DNA of 64,000 nt from Bdellovibrionales bacterium (GTDB lineage: Bacteria > Bdellovibrionota > Bdellovibrionia > Bdellovibrionales > UBA1609), in NCBI GenBank assembly GCA_050246815.1, contig JBFWVI010000003.1, positions 1 through 64,000 on the forward strand, read 5' to 3'. The notes below the pieces were generated by a model. That model was not told where the DNA came from. It saw only the letters and a list, made by a program, of their open reading frames with translations, and made no database searches. The translations under genes were made by a program, and so were the position numbers. Shown piece by piece: positions 54,893-64,000 of this stretch (its first letter is position 1; each line of letters begins with the position of its first letter).

Positions 54893-55862
54893 CCGCCACG
54901 TCGTTAATGCGCACAAAAGCTTCGTCGCGACGCTGGTTCAGCCACGAGCGGAATTGGCGCTTGAAGGCTTCCGCGAACAGTTGGCCGCGGATTTGCTCTT
55001 TTTTACTATCGAGCTCAGGGTCAGAGGTCACTGTTTTTTTCAAAACCTTAACCAGATGAATGCCCATACGAGTCTTAATAGGATTCGAAATGTCACCGAC
55101 ATTAAGGCCACGAACGCCTTCTTCAATTTCCTTTAGCATCTCACCGGATTTGAAATTGCCCAGCAGCCCGCCTTGGGAAAAGTTAGGGTCTTCGCTGTTT
55201 TGTTCGGCCAGCTTTTCAAAGGGTAGATTGTCTTTGAGTTTCTTTTTCACTTGGGTCGCACGCTCGCGAGCTGCCTTTTCGCCTCCGTTTGAGGGCAAAA
55301 AGAGAATATGAGCCAAAGAGTATTCGTAAGCTTGATTGCTTTTGACGCCTTTCACATTGGCGTAATGGGCGGCTACGTCTTCATCCGATATTTTAATACG
55401 CGAAGAAACTTCTCGCTCAATCAAGCTTTGTCGTTCGATCGAAGTTTTAATAAAGGCCTGGTAGTCGCTCATGGACGTGCCCTTTTGTGCCAAAACCTCG
55501 CGCAGCTGCGCGCGCGTGAGTTGGCGGGAACGCAGGATATTTCGAATTTCTTGCTCGACACGCTCAAAGGTGATGTCGAGACCACGTTTTTTAACTTCCG
55601 AATCGATCACGGCCTCATCGATTAAATAATTGATTAAAGCCTGGCGATCTTTGACCAATATTTTGCGATCGACCAGTTGCAAAAGGGCGTCGTCGACCAA
55701 GCCTTCGCCGGTTAATTTTTTGCGGAAACTGTCGACGTCCGACTGCAAAATCACGCGATCATTCACCACAGTGATGATTCTTTCAATGATCTTGGCCGAA
55801 GCTACGCTTGCGCCGAACGCGAGACTGACCAGGAACAGCAATTGATTTCGACGGAACGGCAT
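54876..55862 (-). CDS. surA: SurA-like periplasmic chaperone/PPIase
   Basis: Signal peptide from ATG 55862, IERIITVVNDRVILQSD SurA N-domain, one parvulin domain (LAHIL, SED, GGLLG, GIHLV); precedes pdxA. Confidence 0.85.
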   Translation of the reverse strand: MPFRRNQLLFLVSLAFGASVASAKIIERIITVVNDRVILQSDVDSFRKKLTGEGLVDDALLQLVDRKILVKDRQALINYLIDEAVIDSEVKKRGLDITFERVEQEIRNILRSRQLTRAQLREVLAQKGTSMSDYQAFIKTSIERQSLIEREVSSRIKISDEDVAAHYANVKGVKSNQAYEYSLAHILFLPSNGGEKAARERATQVKKKLKDNLPFEKLAEQNSEDPNFSQGGLLGNFKSGEMLKEIEEGVRGLNVGDISNPIKTRMGIHLVKVLKKTVTSDPELDSKKEQIRGQLFAEAFKRQFRSWLNQRRDEAFVRINDVADAKAK

Positions 55863-55866
55863 AAAA

Positions 55867-56850
55867 TCAATCTCCCTTTGTTTCGATGCGGATCTTGCTG
55901 ATGAGCTCTTGATCCTTGAGCACGCGGGCTTTGCGAAGCTCGCCCTCCAACCAAGCGGTAAACACCGCCTGGCCACGGTTGGCCAGTAAAATATTTTTGA
56001 TGCGTCCCTTTACTTGCTCAAAGGGCACTGTCTGGGCAGGTCGTTTCCCGATGACCTCAAAAATGTGATAGCCGTAGGGCGATTTAAAGATTGGGCTGCG
56101 CTGTCCGGGCCGCATGCTGAAGGCGGTGTCAAAACCGTCTAAGACACCCTTTTCAATCCAGCCGACTACGCCCTTTGCGCGTTTTCCCTCAGGAGTAATG
56201 GAGTGATTTTCTGCAAGATCGGCCAAGGCTTTACCCTTTTTAAGCTGTTCTTCAATCAGTTTGGCGTCGGCCTCTTTGGCCAGAACAATTTGGCGAAGCT
56301 GCACTTGCTCGGGGCGTTCGAAGGTTTCTTTGTTATTTTGATAGTAATTTTTAAGTTCTTCTTCGCTTGGGGGCGAAACCTTTTGATTCAAACGTTCGGC
56401 GACTAATTTTTGTAACAGCGTTCGGCGCAAAGATTCTTTCCAATCTTTAAAGGTAAGCCCCTGTTCAGCCAAAACCTTTTCAAAAGCATTGTCGTCTGGA
56501 TAACTCGAACGAATGCGCGAGATTTCTTTTTCCAAATCTTCCGCGCGGACGAAGATATCATTACCCTTTGCCCAGTTTTCGCTCAAAACCGAGATGATGA
56601 AATCGCGGATCAAATCATCTTTGGTGCGCTGAAGAACTCCAGGATCTTTGGCCGTCAGGGCGTCGAGATGTCGTAATTTCAAAGCCAATTGATCGGCAAA
56701 CACCGAGGCCGTCAGCTCACGACCGTCCACGTTCAATACAGCGCGATTGGCAAGGGGGTCCTTTTTGGTGCAGGCGGCAAGGCCTAAAACGACACAGGCT
56801 GCACTAAGCAGCCTGCCAAGGTCGTTTCGACTGAAAGTCCCAAGAATCAT
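55867..56850 (-). CDS. PrsA/PpiC-type peptidyl-prolyl isomerase lipoprotein
   Basis: Lipobox LAA|C, YYQNNKETF..PEQVQLRQIV, SPYGYHIF. Confidence 0.88.
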   Translation of the reverse strand: MILGTFSRNDLGRLLSAACVVLGLAACTKKDPLANRAVLNVDGRELTASVFADQLALKLRHLDALTAKDPGVLQRTKDDLIRDFIISVLSENWAKGNDIFVRAEDLEKEISRIRSSYPDDNAFEKVLAEQGLTFKDWKESLRRTLLQKLVAERLNQKVSPPSEEELKNYYQNNKETFERPEQVQLRQIVLAKEADAKLIEEQLKKGKALADLAENHSITPEGKRAKGVVGWIEKGVLDGFDTAFSMRPGQRSPIFKSPYGYHIFEVIGKRPAQTVPFEQVKGRIKNILLANRGQAVFTAWLEGELRKARVLKDQELISKIRIETKGD

Positions 56851-57689
56851 TCGGACTTAATTCCTTTTAGTGCGTCTTTGTTGACGCTGATTTTATATTT
56901 GCCTTTCAAATTCTTAAAATATGCATCAAATAGCTCTTTTCGCTTTTGGTCGAACACAGCCGTGCGGATGGGGCGCTTGTCCGTCACTTCGTCATATGAG
57001 CGTCGCCCTGTCAGCTTGACGATGTGGTACCCATAGCGTGTTTCAACCAGGCCCTTGATTTCGCCGACCTTCATGGAGGCTGCGGCATCATAATAGCTCG
57101 GCACTAAGGTGATGCGATTTTGGTAATCGATATCACCGCCACGGTCTTTGCTGATCACATCGTCGGTGTAAAGTTTGGCCAATTCAGCAAAATCGCGTTT
57201 ACTGCTGCGCACTTCTTTCAAGATTTTTTCAGCACGGTCACGAACGGTCGCTTTGTCTTGGGCCGAAGCGTTTTGGCGGAACTCGAACAAAATATGTGAG
57301 GTACGGAGTTCAGGGTTTTTTTCGTAGTACTTCTTCATTTCCGCTTCGTTCACACGAATGGCGTTGACCTTCTCGCCCAAAGCCTTCTCAACCAACGCTT
57401 TGTACAGTTCTTGACGAAAGCGCTCTTTCACCAAGGGGTCTTCTTGCATTTTTTGCTTTTCAGCTTCTTGCACACCCACCTCATAACGGACCAAGTCTTC
57501 TAAAAACAACTCAGCTGGCGGCGGGTTAATTGCGTTTTTCTTAACTTCTTCGTAACGCTTTTTGAATTCATCCAAAGAGATGGTTTTATTGCCAACAGTG
57601 GCGACGGTTTGAGCCGTGGCAAGGGCGCTGTTGAACAGGCTAAAAACCAATCCTGAGACCACAAACAAGTGCTTGAAATTCATATGCAA
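56847..57689 (-). CDS. PpiC/parvulin-type peptidyl-prolyl isomerase, exported
   Basis: Signal peptide, RTSHIL, FAELAK, GGDI, TRYGYHIVK. Confidence 0.88.
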   Translation of the reverse strand: MHMNFKHLFVVSGLVFSLFNSALATAQTVATVGNKTISLDEFKKRYEEVKKNAINPPPAELFLEDLVRYEVGVQEAEKQKMQEDPLVKERFRQELYKALVEKALGEKVNAIRVNEAEMKKYYEKNPELRTSHILFEFRQNASAQDKATVRDRAEKILKEVRSSKRDFAELAKLYTDDVISKDRGGDIDYQNRITLVPSYYDAAASMKVGEIKGLVETRYGYHIVKLTGRRSYDEVTDKRPIRTAVFDQKRKELFDAYFKNLKGKYKISVNKDALKGIKSE

Positions 57690-57743
57690 AACCTCTTCGC
57701 TGCGGAATGTCTACAATGCCCCTAAAGGCTACCGCTGCCCGAA

Positions 57744-58391
57744 TCAGTCTGCAATGAGTTTGGCGGCCTGATGATGGGCGTCAGAAAGGGCCCGTTCAAG
57801 GCGCTGGGCAAGGACTTGAGCCCGAATATCATCCTCAGCGGTTAGAGCCGGCCAGGGAGTGCCAAACGTGACCACCACACGGGCAAAGGGTTTAGGTAGT
57901 TTTGCTTTGTTCCAAGATTTTTGAAAAATAAAAGCTGAAGAGGATGCCACGCCCACGGGCACCACACGCGCCTTTGCCAAACGCGAAAGTTCAAACACAC
58001 CGGGCTTAACCTTGTGTAATGGTCCTTTGGGACCATCCACAGCCATTGAGGCGTTAAAATTTTGTCGGAGCAAACGAATGAGTCCCTTTAACGCAGAGAC
58101 GCCGCCACGGGTGGAAGATCCTCGTGAAGTCGCCCCACCCAGGCGTTGAATCACATGGTCAATCAAGCTGCCATCCGAAGAGGTGGAGGTCATTGTGGCG
58201 ATACGGTAGGTCGGCACCAGGTGGGTGATGGCAAGTTCATCGCCGTGCCAGTGCGCAAAAATAAGTGGCCCCTCGGCGTTTCGCATGCCCGCGGGCTCCA
58301 CCAGCCGAACTCGCCAGCTGGCCGTCCAAAGACGGTAAAACCAGTAGACCAATCCGGGCAAAACACGCCGCTTTAAAAAGGCTTTCATCAC
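57744..58391 (-). CDS. DUF374 / lysophospholipid acyltransferase family (LpxJ-like)
   Basis: FAHWHGDE, S.S.DG, RGSSTRGG, AVDGPKGP, SW...LPKPF. Confidence 0.85.
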   Translation of the reverse strand: MMKAFLKRRVLPGLVYWFYRLWTASWRVRLVEPAGMRNAEGPLIFAHWHGDELAITHLVPTYRIATMTSTSSDGSLIDHVIQRLGGATSRGSSTRGGVSALKGLIRLLRQNFNASMAVDGPKGPLHKVKPGVFELSRLAKARVVPVGVASSSAFIFQKSWNKAKLPKPFARVVVTFGTPWPALTAEDDIRAQVLAQRLERALSDAHHQAAKLIAD

Positions 58392-59353
58392 TTCAAGGCG
58401 CTGCGAAACGCTTCCGTTAACTTGGGCACCACTTCAAACAGATCACCTGCAATGCCATAAGTAGACTTCTGGAAGATCGGGGCGTCGGGATCTTTGTTGA
58501 TGGCAACAATGACTTTGCTGCCACTCATGCCCGCCAAGTGTTGAATGGCGCCAGAGATACCGCAGGCGATATAAAGCGAGGGGGCAACGGTTTTTCCGGT
58601 TTGTCCAACTTGCATCGAGTGCGGCACCCAACCCGCATCGGCCACTGCGCGTGATGCACCCACCGTGCCGTGTATGGTGGCGGCAAGATCTTCAAGAAGT
58701 TTGAAATGCTCGGGGCCTTTCATGCCACGCCCACCGGACACAATGGTGTTTGCTTCAGTCAGGTCGATTTTTCCGGCAGCGCCCTTTGCCACGCTTTGAA
58801 CAGTGGTTTTCACGTCACTGGGCGGAAGTGTGAAATCTTTGACAGAAGCAGCGGCCGCTGTGTTTGCGGCGCTGACCGGCAGTTGATTGGGGCGCATCAA
58901 AACAATTTTGACCGGCGAGTTGTGAAATTCAACTTCCGCCGTGCACTTGCCAGCAAACAGGGGGCGGCGGGCTTTAACACCTGAACCATTGAGTTCAAGA
59001 GTGACGCAATCGCTGGCAACGCCAGTGTCAAGGCGGGCGCCCACACGCGGAAATAGGTCTCGCGCTAACATAGACGAAGACGCCAGCACCACGTCTGCCC
59101 CACTGTCTTTGATCGCGGCGCTGGCCGCGGCGGTGTAAAGTTCGGGGTTGTAGTTGGCCAATTTGTCATCGCCACACACCCAAAGGGTTTGTGCACCAAA
59201 ATGACTCACACTTGCGGCCTTGGACTTGCCATCCGGGCCTAAAATAAGAGCGTGTACCTCTCGGCCCGAGGCCTTTGCGGCGGTCAACAGTTCAATGCTA
59301 CCCTTTTTCAAACCACCGTCACCGAATTCGCAGAAAACCAGAACTTTTGCCAT
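58388..59353 (-). CDS. etfA: Electron transfer flavoprotein alpha subunit
   Basis: VSGGRG, GASRA, QVGQTGK, GISGAIQHLAGM, AINKD. Confidence 0.97.
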   Translation of the reverse strand: MAKVLVFCEFGDGGLKKGSIELLTAAKASGREVHALILGPDGKSKAASVSHFGAQTLWVCGDDKLANYNPELYTAAASAAIKDSGADVVLASSSMLARDLFPRVGARLDTGVASDCVTLELNGSGVKARRPLFAGKCTAEVEFHNSPVKIVLMRPNQLPVSAANTAAAASVKDFTLPPSDVKTTVQSVAKGAAGKIDLTEANTIVSGGRGMKGPEHFKLLEDLAATIHGTVGASRAVADAGWVPHSMQVGQTGKTVAPSLYIACGISGAIQHLAGMSGSKVIVAINKDPDAPIFQKSTYGIAGDLFEVVPKLTEAFRSALK

Positions 59354-59369
59354 TTTAAGAGCTCCTCAA

Positions 59370-60149
59370 TTACAAAACTTTAGCTTCGTGGAGTAACAGG
59401 TTGACCAACTCTTTGGCCTGAGCCGCGGGATCGCCACTGATCATCTTAACCGGCGGTTTTTCAGGGGGCAGCTGAAAGTTCACATGTTTTACTTTCAAGG
59501 ATGTGGCAGCGACGCCCAAATCCGCAGGCGCAAGTTCTTTGATTGGCTTTTTCTTCGCCTTCATAATGCCAGGAAGGCTGGCATAGCGAGGGGTATTCAG
59601 CCCTTTGTTGGCCGCAATCAGGGCGGGCCCTGCAAGTTTTAAGATTTCGCGAGTGCCACCCTCGACTTCGCGTTCGGCGATCAAGGAACCCTCTTGAACC
59701 TCTAGCTTTCCGACCACGGTGGTGTGTGGCAGGCCCAAAAACTCGGCCACAAACTGACTGACGCTAGAAGCATTGTCGTCAATGGCCAGCTTGCCGGTCA
59801 AAACCAGGTCGCAGGCGCCTTCTTTTTTGATCGCCGCAGCCATCAACTTGGCGGCGGTGAAGCCATCCACATCATAGGGCGAATCAATGGCCAGTCCGTC
59901 ATCAGCGCCCATCGCCAGTGCAGTTCGAATGGCATCGCTGACTCGGGTCTTGGGTCCGACCGAAACAACAGTCACCTGTGGGGTACCACCGCGGGCCTCT
60001 TTAATTTTAATGGCCTCTTCGACCGCATACTCGTCATAGGGATTCATGATCCATTTGATGCCGGTCTCATCGATGCCTGAGCTGTCGCTCTTGAGTTTGA
60101 TTTTAGTTTCGGTGTCGGGCACCTGCTTGATGCAGACGAAAATACGCAT
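59370..60149 (-). CDS. etfB: Electron transfer flavoprotein beta subunit
   Basis: VCIKQVPD, NPYDEYAVEEA, ALAMGAD, PRYASLPGIMKAKKK. Confidence 0.97.
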   Translation of the reverse strand: MRIFVCIKQVPDTETKIKLKSDSSGIDETGIKWIMNPYDEYAVEEAIKIKEARGGTPQVTVVSVGPKTRVSDAIRTALAMGADDGLAIDSPYDVDGFTAAKLMAAAIKKEGACDLVLTGKLAIDDNASSVSQFVAEFLGLPHTTVVGKLEVQEGSLIAEREVEGGTREILKLAGPALIAANKGLNTPRYASLPGIMKAKKKPIKELAPADLGVAATSLKVKHVNFQLPPEKPPVKMISGDPAAQAKELVNLLLHEAKVL

Positions 60150-60330
60150 GGCTTAAGCTCCTGTAGAGGAGATCTATATAAATGGCGCAAATCATGAAAG
60201 GCAAAATAATTGACCCCTTACGATCCGCGTTAAGAGACCCAGAGGGGAGACTTTTTTTGTGTTCCTGGACCGCGATCTAAAGCTATTGTAGGGATTGTTG
60301 AAAATCAGCTGATCTTGAAGGACTCCCGCT

Positions 60331-61005
60331 ATGACTCAGAAATCGGGTTTTTTGCAATCCACTATCGGGCGCAAACAATTGGTTGCCCTGACGGGTTTGG
60401 GCATCAGTTTGTTCGTCTTGGGCCACATGGCCGGCAACCTGCTAATGTTTGTCTCGCCCCAGGCCTATAACGAATATGGGCACGCAATTATTAGCAATAA
60501 ACTTATTTATGCGATTGAGTTGGGCCTGGCTGCCGCCTTTTTGGGGCATGCCTTTGTTGCACTTCGCCTGCAGTTTTTAAATCGGGGCGCGCGCCCACAA
60601 CGATATGCGATGACGCCCAACGGGGAAAAAAAACCGGCGGCGGCCAGCCAAACCATGGCCATTCAGGGCACGATACTTTTGGTTTTTATTATTTTGCACT
60701 TACGTACGTTCAAATATGGGCCTTACTACGAGGTCGACTATGGCCAAGGTCCTATCCGCGATTTGTTTCGCCTGATGGCCGAGGTTTTTCAGGGACCGGG
60801 TTACGTGGCCTGGTATGTGGTGGCCATGATCGTTTTGGGCCTGCATTTGAGCCACGGTATTCGTTCTTTGCTCCAAACCGTGGGTGTGCACCACCCGCAA
60901 CATCAGGGCAAAATTAAATGTTTGGCCTATGGTTATGCCTTACTGGTCTCTATAGGCTTTATCTCGCAACCGATTTTCATGCTCTTCTTTTACAAGGGCA
61001 GTTGA
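60331..61005 (+). CDS. sdhC: Succinate dehydrogenase/fumarate reductase cytochrome b subunit (b558 family)
   Basis: STIGRKQLVALTG, HMAGNL, HLSHG; five TM helices with heme-ligand His residues. Confidence 0.92.
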   Translation: MTQKSGFLQSTIGRKQLVALTGLGISLFVLGHMAGNLLMFVSPQAYNEYGHAIISNKLIYAIELGLAAAFLGHAFVALRLQFLNRGARPQRYAMTPNGEKKPAAASQTMAIQGTILLVFIILHLRTFKYGPYYEVDYGQGPIRDLFRLMAEVFQGPGYVAWYVVAMIVLGLHLSHGIRSLLQTVGVHHPQHQGKIKCLAYGYALLVSIGFISQPIFMLFFYKGS

Positions 61006-61014
61006 GGCACGCGT

Positions 61015-62934
61015 ATGAAATTGGAATCCAACGTACCCGGCGGCGCGATTCAGGAAAAGTGGGACAAACATCGCTTTGAAATGAAGCTGGTCAATCCGGC
61101 TAACAAACGTAAATTCACGGTGATTGTGGTGGGCACGGGACTTGCGGGGGCGTCGGCATCGGCGACCCTGGCCGAGCTTGGCTACAAGGTGAAAACCTTC
61201 TGCATTCACGATTCTCCCCGTCGTGCACATTCGATCGCCGCGCAAGGGGGCATCAATGCAGCGAAAAACTATCCCAACGACGGCGATTCGATTTGGCGTT
61301 TGTTTTACGACACCGTGAAAGGTGGCGACTTCCGCGCTCGTGAAGCCAACGTGTATCGTTTGGCGCAAATTTCGAACCACATCATTGATCACTGCGTGGC
61401 TGTGGGCGTGCCATTTGCTCGCGAATACGGCGGGTTGCTGGACAATCGCTCGTTTGGCGGGGCGCAGGTTTCACGCACCTTTTATGCCCGCGGGCAAACC
61501 GGGCAACAGCTGCTGCTTGGTGCGTACCAGGTGATGATGCGACAAGTGGGCAAGGGCAATGTTTCCCTTTACTCACGTCGCGAAATGCTGGATTTGGTCA
61601 CGGTGGACGGAAAAGCCCGCGGCATCACTGTACGCAATTTGGTCACAGGTGAAGTCGAATCGCATGCGGCTGACGCGGTGTTGTTGGCCACAGGTGGTTA
61701 CGGCAACGTTTATTTTCTATCGACCAATGCGAAGAACTCCAATGTGACAGCCGCCTGGCGCTGCCATAAAAAAGGTGCGGCCTTTGGCAACCCGTGCTTC
61801 ACACAAATTCACCCGACCTGCATTCCCCGCTCGGGGGATTATCAGTCCAAGCTGACCCTGATGTCGGAATCACTTCGAAACGACGGCCGGGTCTGGGTGC
61901 CCAAACAAAAAGACGACAAACGTCATCCCAAAGACATCCCCGACACGGATCGCGATTATTATTTGGAACGGATCTACCCCAGCTTCGGCAATTTGGCGCC
62001 ACGGGATATTTCTTCACGCCAGGCTAAATTTCGTGTCGATGAAGGGCGCGGTGTTGGGCGCACGGGTGAGGCGGTGTATCTGGATTTCCGTGATGCCATC
62101 AACCGTTTGGGCGCCCCTGCGGTTTCAGAAAAATATGGCAACTTGTTTCAAATGTACGAAAAAATCACCGGTGAAAATCCATACGAGCAGCCGATGCGAA
62201 TTTACCCAGCGGTTCATTACACTATGGGCGGGCTATGGGTGGACTACAACCTGATGAGCACGGTTCCCGGGCTTCATGTTTTAGGGGAAGCCAACTTTTC
62301 AGATCACGGCGCAAATCGCTTGGGTGCCAGCGCGCTTATGCAGGGGCTGGCGGACGGTTATTTTGTGATCCCCTATACGCTTGGAAATTATTTAGCGGCG
62401 AACACCCTGGGCAAAGTCGACACCAGTCACCCGGCCTTTGCAGAAAGCCGCAATACGGTTACTGAACGCCTGAACAAGTTTTTCAGTATCAAGGGCAAAC
62501 AAACGGTGGATGAAATCCACCGTCGTTTGGGACAAACCATGTGGGGCCATGTGGGCATGTCAAGAAACGCGGCAGGCTTGAAAAAAGCGGTTGAAGAAAT
62601 TCGTTCGCTACGCGCGGAATTTTGGAATGATGTGCGTTTGTCGGGCCAAGCCAATTTCAAGAATGAAGAGCTAGAAAAAGCGGGGCGCTTGGCGGACTTT
62701 TTGGAGCTTGGTGAGCTGATGGCCACCGATGCACTGACCCGCGAAGAGTCTTGCGGTGGCCACTTCCGCGAAGAGCACCAAACACCAGACAACGAGGCGC
62801 TTCGTCACGACGACAAGTTCTGTCATGTGTCCGCCTGGGAATACAGCGGCAGTGGGACGCAGCCGCAATGGACCATGCACAAGGAAGATCTGACATTTGA
62901 AAACGTGAAACTGAGCCAGCGCAGTTACAAATAA
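61015..62934 (+). CDS. sdhA: Succinate dehydrogenase/fumarate reductase flavoprotein
   Basis: [22 protein letters not shown] (FAD-binding His), [28 protein letters not shown]. Confidence 0.96.
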   Translation: MKLESNVPGGAIQEKWDKHRFEMKLVNPANKRKFTVIVVGTGLAGASASATLAELGYKVKTFCIHDSPRRAHSIAAQGGINAAKNYPNDGDSIWRLFYDTVKGGDFRAREANVYRLAQISNHIIDHCVAVGVPFAREYGGLLDNRSFGGAQVSRTFYARGQTGQQLLLGAYQVMMRQVGKGNVSLYSRREMLDLVTVDGKARGITVRNLVTGEVESHAADAVLLATGGYGNVYFLSTNAKNSNVTAAWRCHKKGAAFGNPCFTQIHPTCIPRSGDYQSKLTLMSESLRNDGRVWVPKQKDDKRHPKDIPDTDRDYYLERIYPSFGNLAPRDISSRQAKFRVDEGRGVGRTGEAVYLDFRDAINRLGAPAVSEKYGNLFQMYEKITGENPYEQPMRIYPAVHYTMGGLWVDYNLMSTVPGLHVLGEANFSDHGANRLGASALMQGLADGYFVIPYTLGNYLAANTLGKVDTSHPAFAESRNTVTERLNKFFSIKGKQTVDEIHRRLGQTMWGHVGMSRNAAGLKKAVEEIRSLRAEFWNDVRLSGQANFKNEELEKAGRLADFLELGELMATDALTREESCGGHFREEHQTPDNEALRHDDKFCHVSAWEYSGSGTQPQWTMHKEDLTFENVKLSQRSYK

Positions 62935-62943
62935 GGAAGCACT

Positions 62944-63732
62944 ATGAGTGATGCTCATTTGAATTTAAAGCTGAAGATCTGGAAGCAAAATGGCCCCCAA
63001 GACCAGGGTCGATTTTTGGAGTATGAAGCAAGCGGAATTTCACCCCATATGTCGTTCTTGGAAATGATGGACGTGGTGAATGCCGATCTGATCCATAAAG
63101 GGCAAGATCCTGTGGAATTTGATCACGATTGTCGCGAAGGCATATGCGGTTCATGCTCGATGGTGATCAACGGCAATCCACATGGGCCTGACCGTGCCAC
63201 CACCACCTGCCAGCTGCATATGCGCCGCTTTAAAAATGGCGACACGATTGTGATCGAACCGTTTCGCGCCAAAGCTTTTCCGGTGATTAAGGATTTGGTC
63301 GTGGATCGCTCGGCTTTTGACCGCATCATCCAAGTGGGCGGTTTTATTTCGGCCAACACCGGCAACGCCCAAGATGCCAACGCATTGCCGATCTCGAAGG
63401 AAAATGCCGACATGGCTTTTGCCGCCGCCACGTGTATTGGCTGTGGCGCCTGTGTGGCCTCCTGCAAAAATGCTTCGGCCAGTTTATTTGTGGCGGCGAA
63501 AATTTCGCATCTTGGCTTGTTGCCGCAAGGTCAGCCCGAACGTGACCGCCGCGCCTTGGCCATGGTGGCACAAATGGACGCCGAGGGTTTTGGCGCCTGT
63601 ACCAATACGAATGCCTGTTCAGCGGCCTGCCCGAAAGAAATTAGCCTTGAAACAATCGCCCGTATGAACCGGGATTATGTCGGGGCCTCATTCACTAAGC
63701 GCCCCGAAACAAGCGGCGGCGGAGCAGGCTAG
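62944..63732 (+). CDS. sdhB: Succinate dehydrogenase/fumarate reductase iron-sulfur subunit
   Basis: [32 protein letters not shown]. Confidence 0.96.
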   Translation: MSDAHLNLKLKIWKQNGPQDQGRFLEYEASGISPHMSFLEMMDVVNADLIHKGQDPVEFDHDCREGICGSCSMVINGNPHGPDRATTTCQLHMRRFKNGDTIVIEPFRAKAFPVIKDLVVDRSAFDRIIQVGGFISANTGNAQDANALPISKENADMAFAAATCIGCGACVASCKNASASLFVAAKISHLGLLPQGQPERDRRALAMVAQMDAEGFGACTNTNACSAACPKEISLETIARMNRDYVGASFTKRPETSGGGAG

Positions 63733-63773
63733 ATCTAGGGCCAGGTCCAGTTTCAACCCCAATAGCTAGAGAG

Positions 63774-63804
63774 TTATGCACCCTCACCCACAGACTTATC
63801 CACA
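63774..63804 (+). promoter_or_regulatory. Cluster of three same-orientation DnaA-box-like sites
   Basis: TTATGCACC (63774), TCACCCACA (63784) and a perfect TTATCCACA (63796). Confidence 0.6.
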
Positions 63805-63971
63805 ATTTGCTGGATTTAGGGGCATTTTACTGGTCCTTGGTCTAGACATTTTGCAGCAATTTAACCAAGAAATGTCGCAGCAAGAGTCTAGCTCGTAGGA
63901 CATCGCGAACGCATCTAAGATCCACTTCACTGATCACAGCCAAAGGCCGAAATAATAAAACGAGGTGCACC

Positions 63972-64000
63972 ATGCGGCGCATTGGCGATCTTATGACTGA
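63972..64000 (+). CDS. Start of a hypothetical protein (truncated by the window end)
   Basis: RBS GAGGTG, then ATG MRRIGDLMT...; sigma28-like GCCGAAAT at 63946-63953. Confidence 0.5.

Overview
This window is the replication-origin region of a bacterial chromosome. Gene order and protein style point to a Bdellovibrio-like predator (Bdellovibrionota); that taxonomy is an inference. The core block is rpmH/rnpA/yidD/yidC/jag/mnmE/mnmG/rsmG/parA/parB/bactofilin/atpF'FHAGDC on the minus strand and dnaA-oriC-dnaN-recF-gyrB-gyrA-TPR-atpZIBE on the plus strand. It is flanked by lon, dksA, a membrane-arm-only nuo cluster, mfd, an exported NagZ, three PPIases, pdxA, pgm, etfBA and sdhCAB. Cis elements visible in the sequence are oriC (DnaA boxes, DnaA-trios, AT-rich tract), two parS palindromes bracketing a lipoprotein gene, a distal DnaA-box triplet and several terminators. 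The most unusual part is a ~3.5 kb accessory locus after lon (about 3.98-7.39 kb) encoding three signal-peptide orphan proteins. One has a VIP2/C3-like ADP-ribosyltransferase domain with a non-canonical active site, one looks like an EreA/ChaN/TIKI-fold protein, and one is a 4-Cys orphan. Sigma54-type promoters and NtrC-geometry palindromes accompany them, making this a candidate prey-directed effector cassette. No tRNA, rRNA, CRISPR array, integrase or transposase was seen. All family assignments come from reading motifs by eye, not from database searches.
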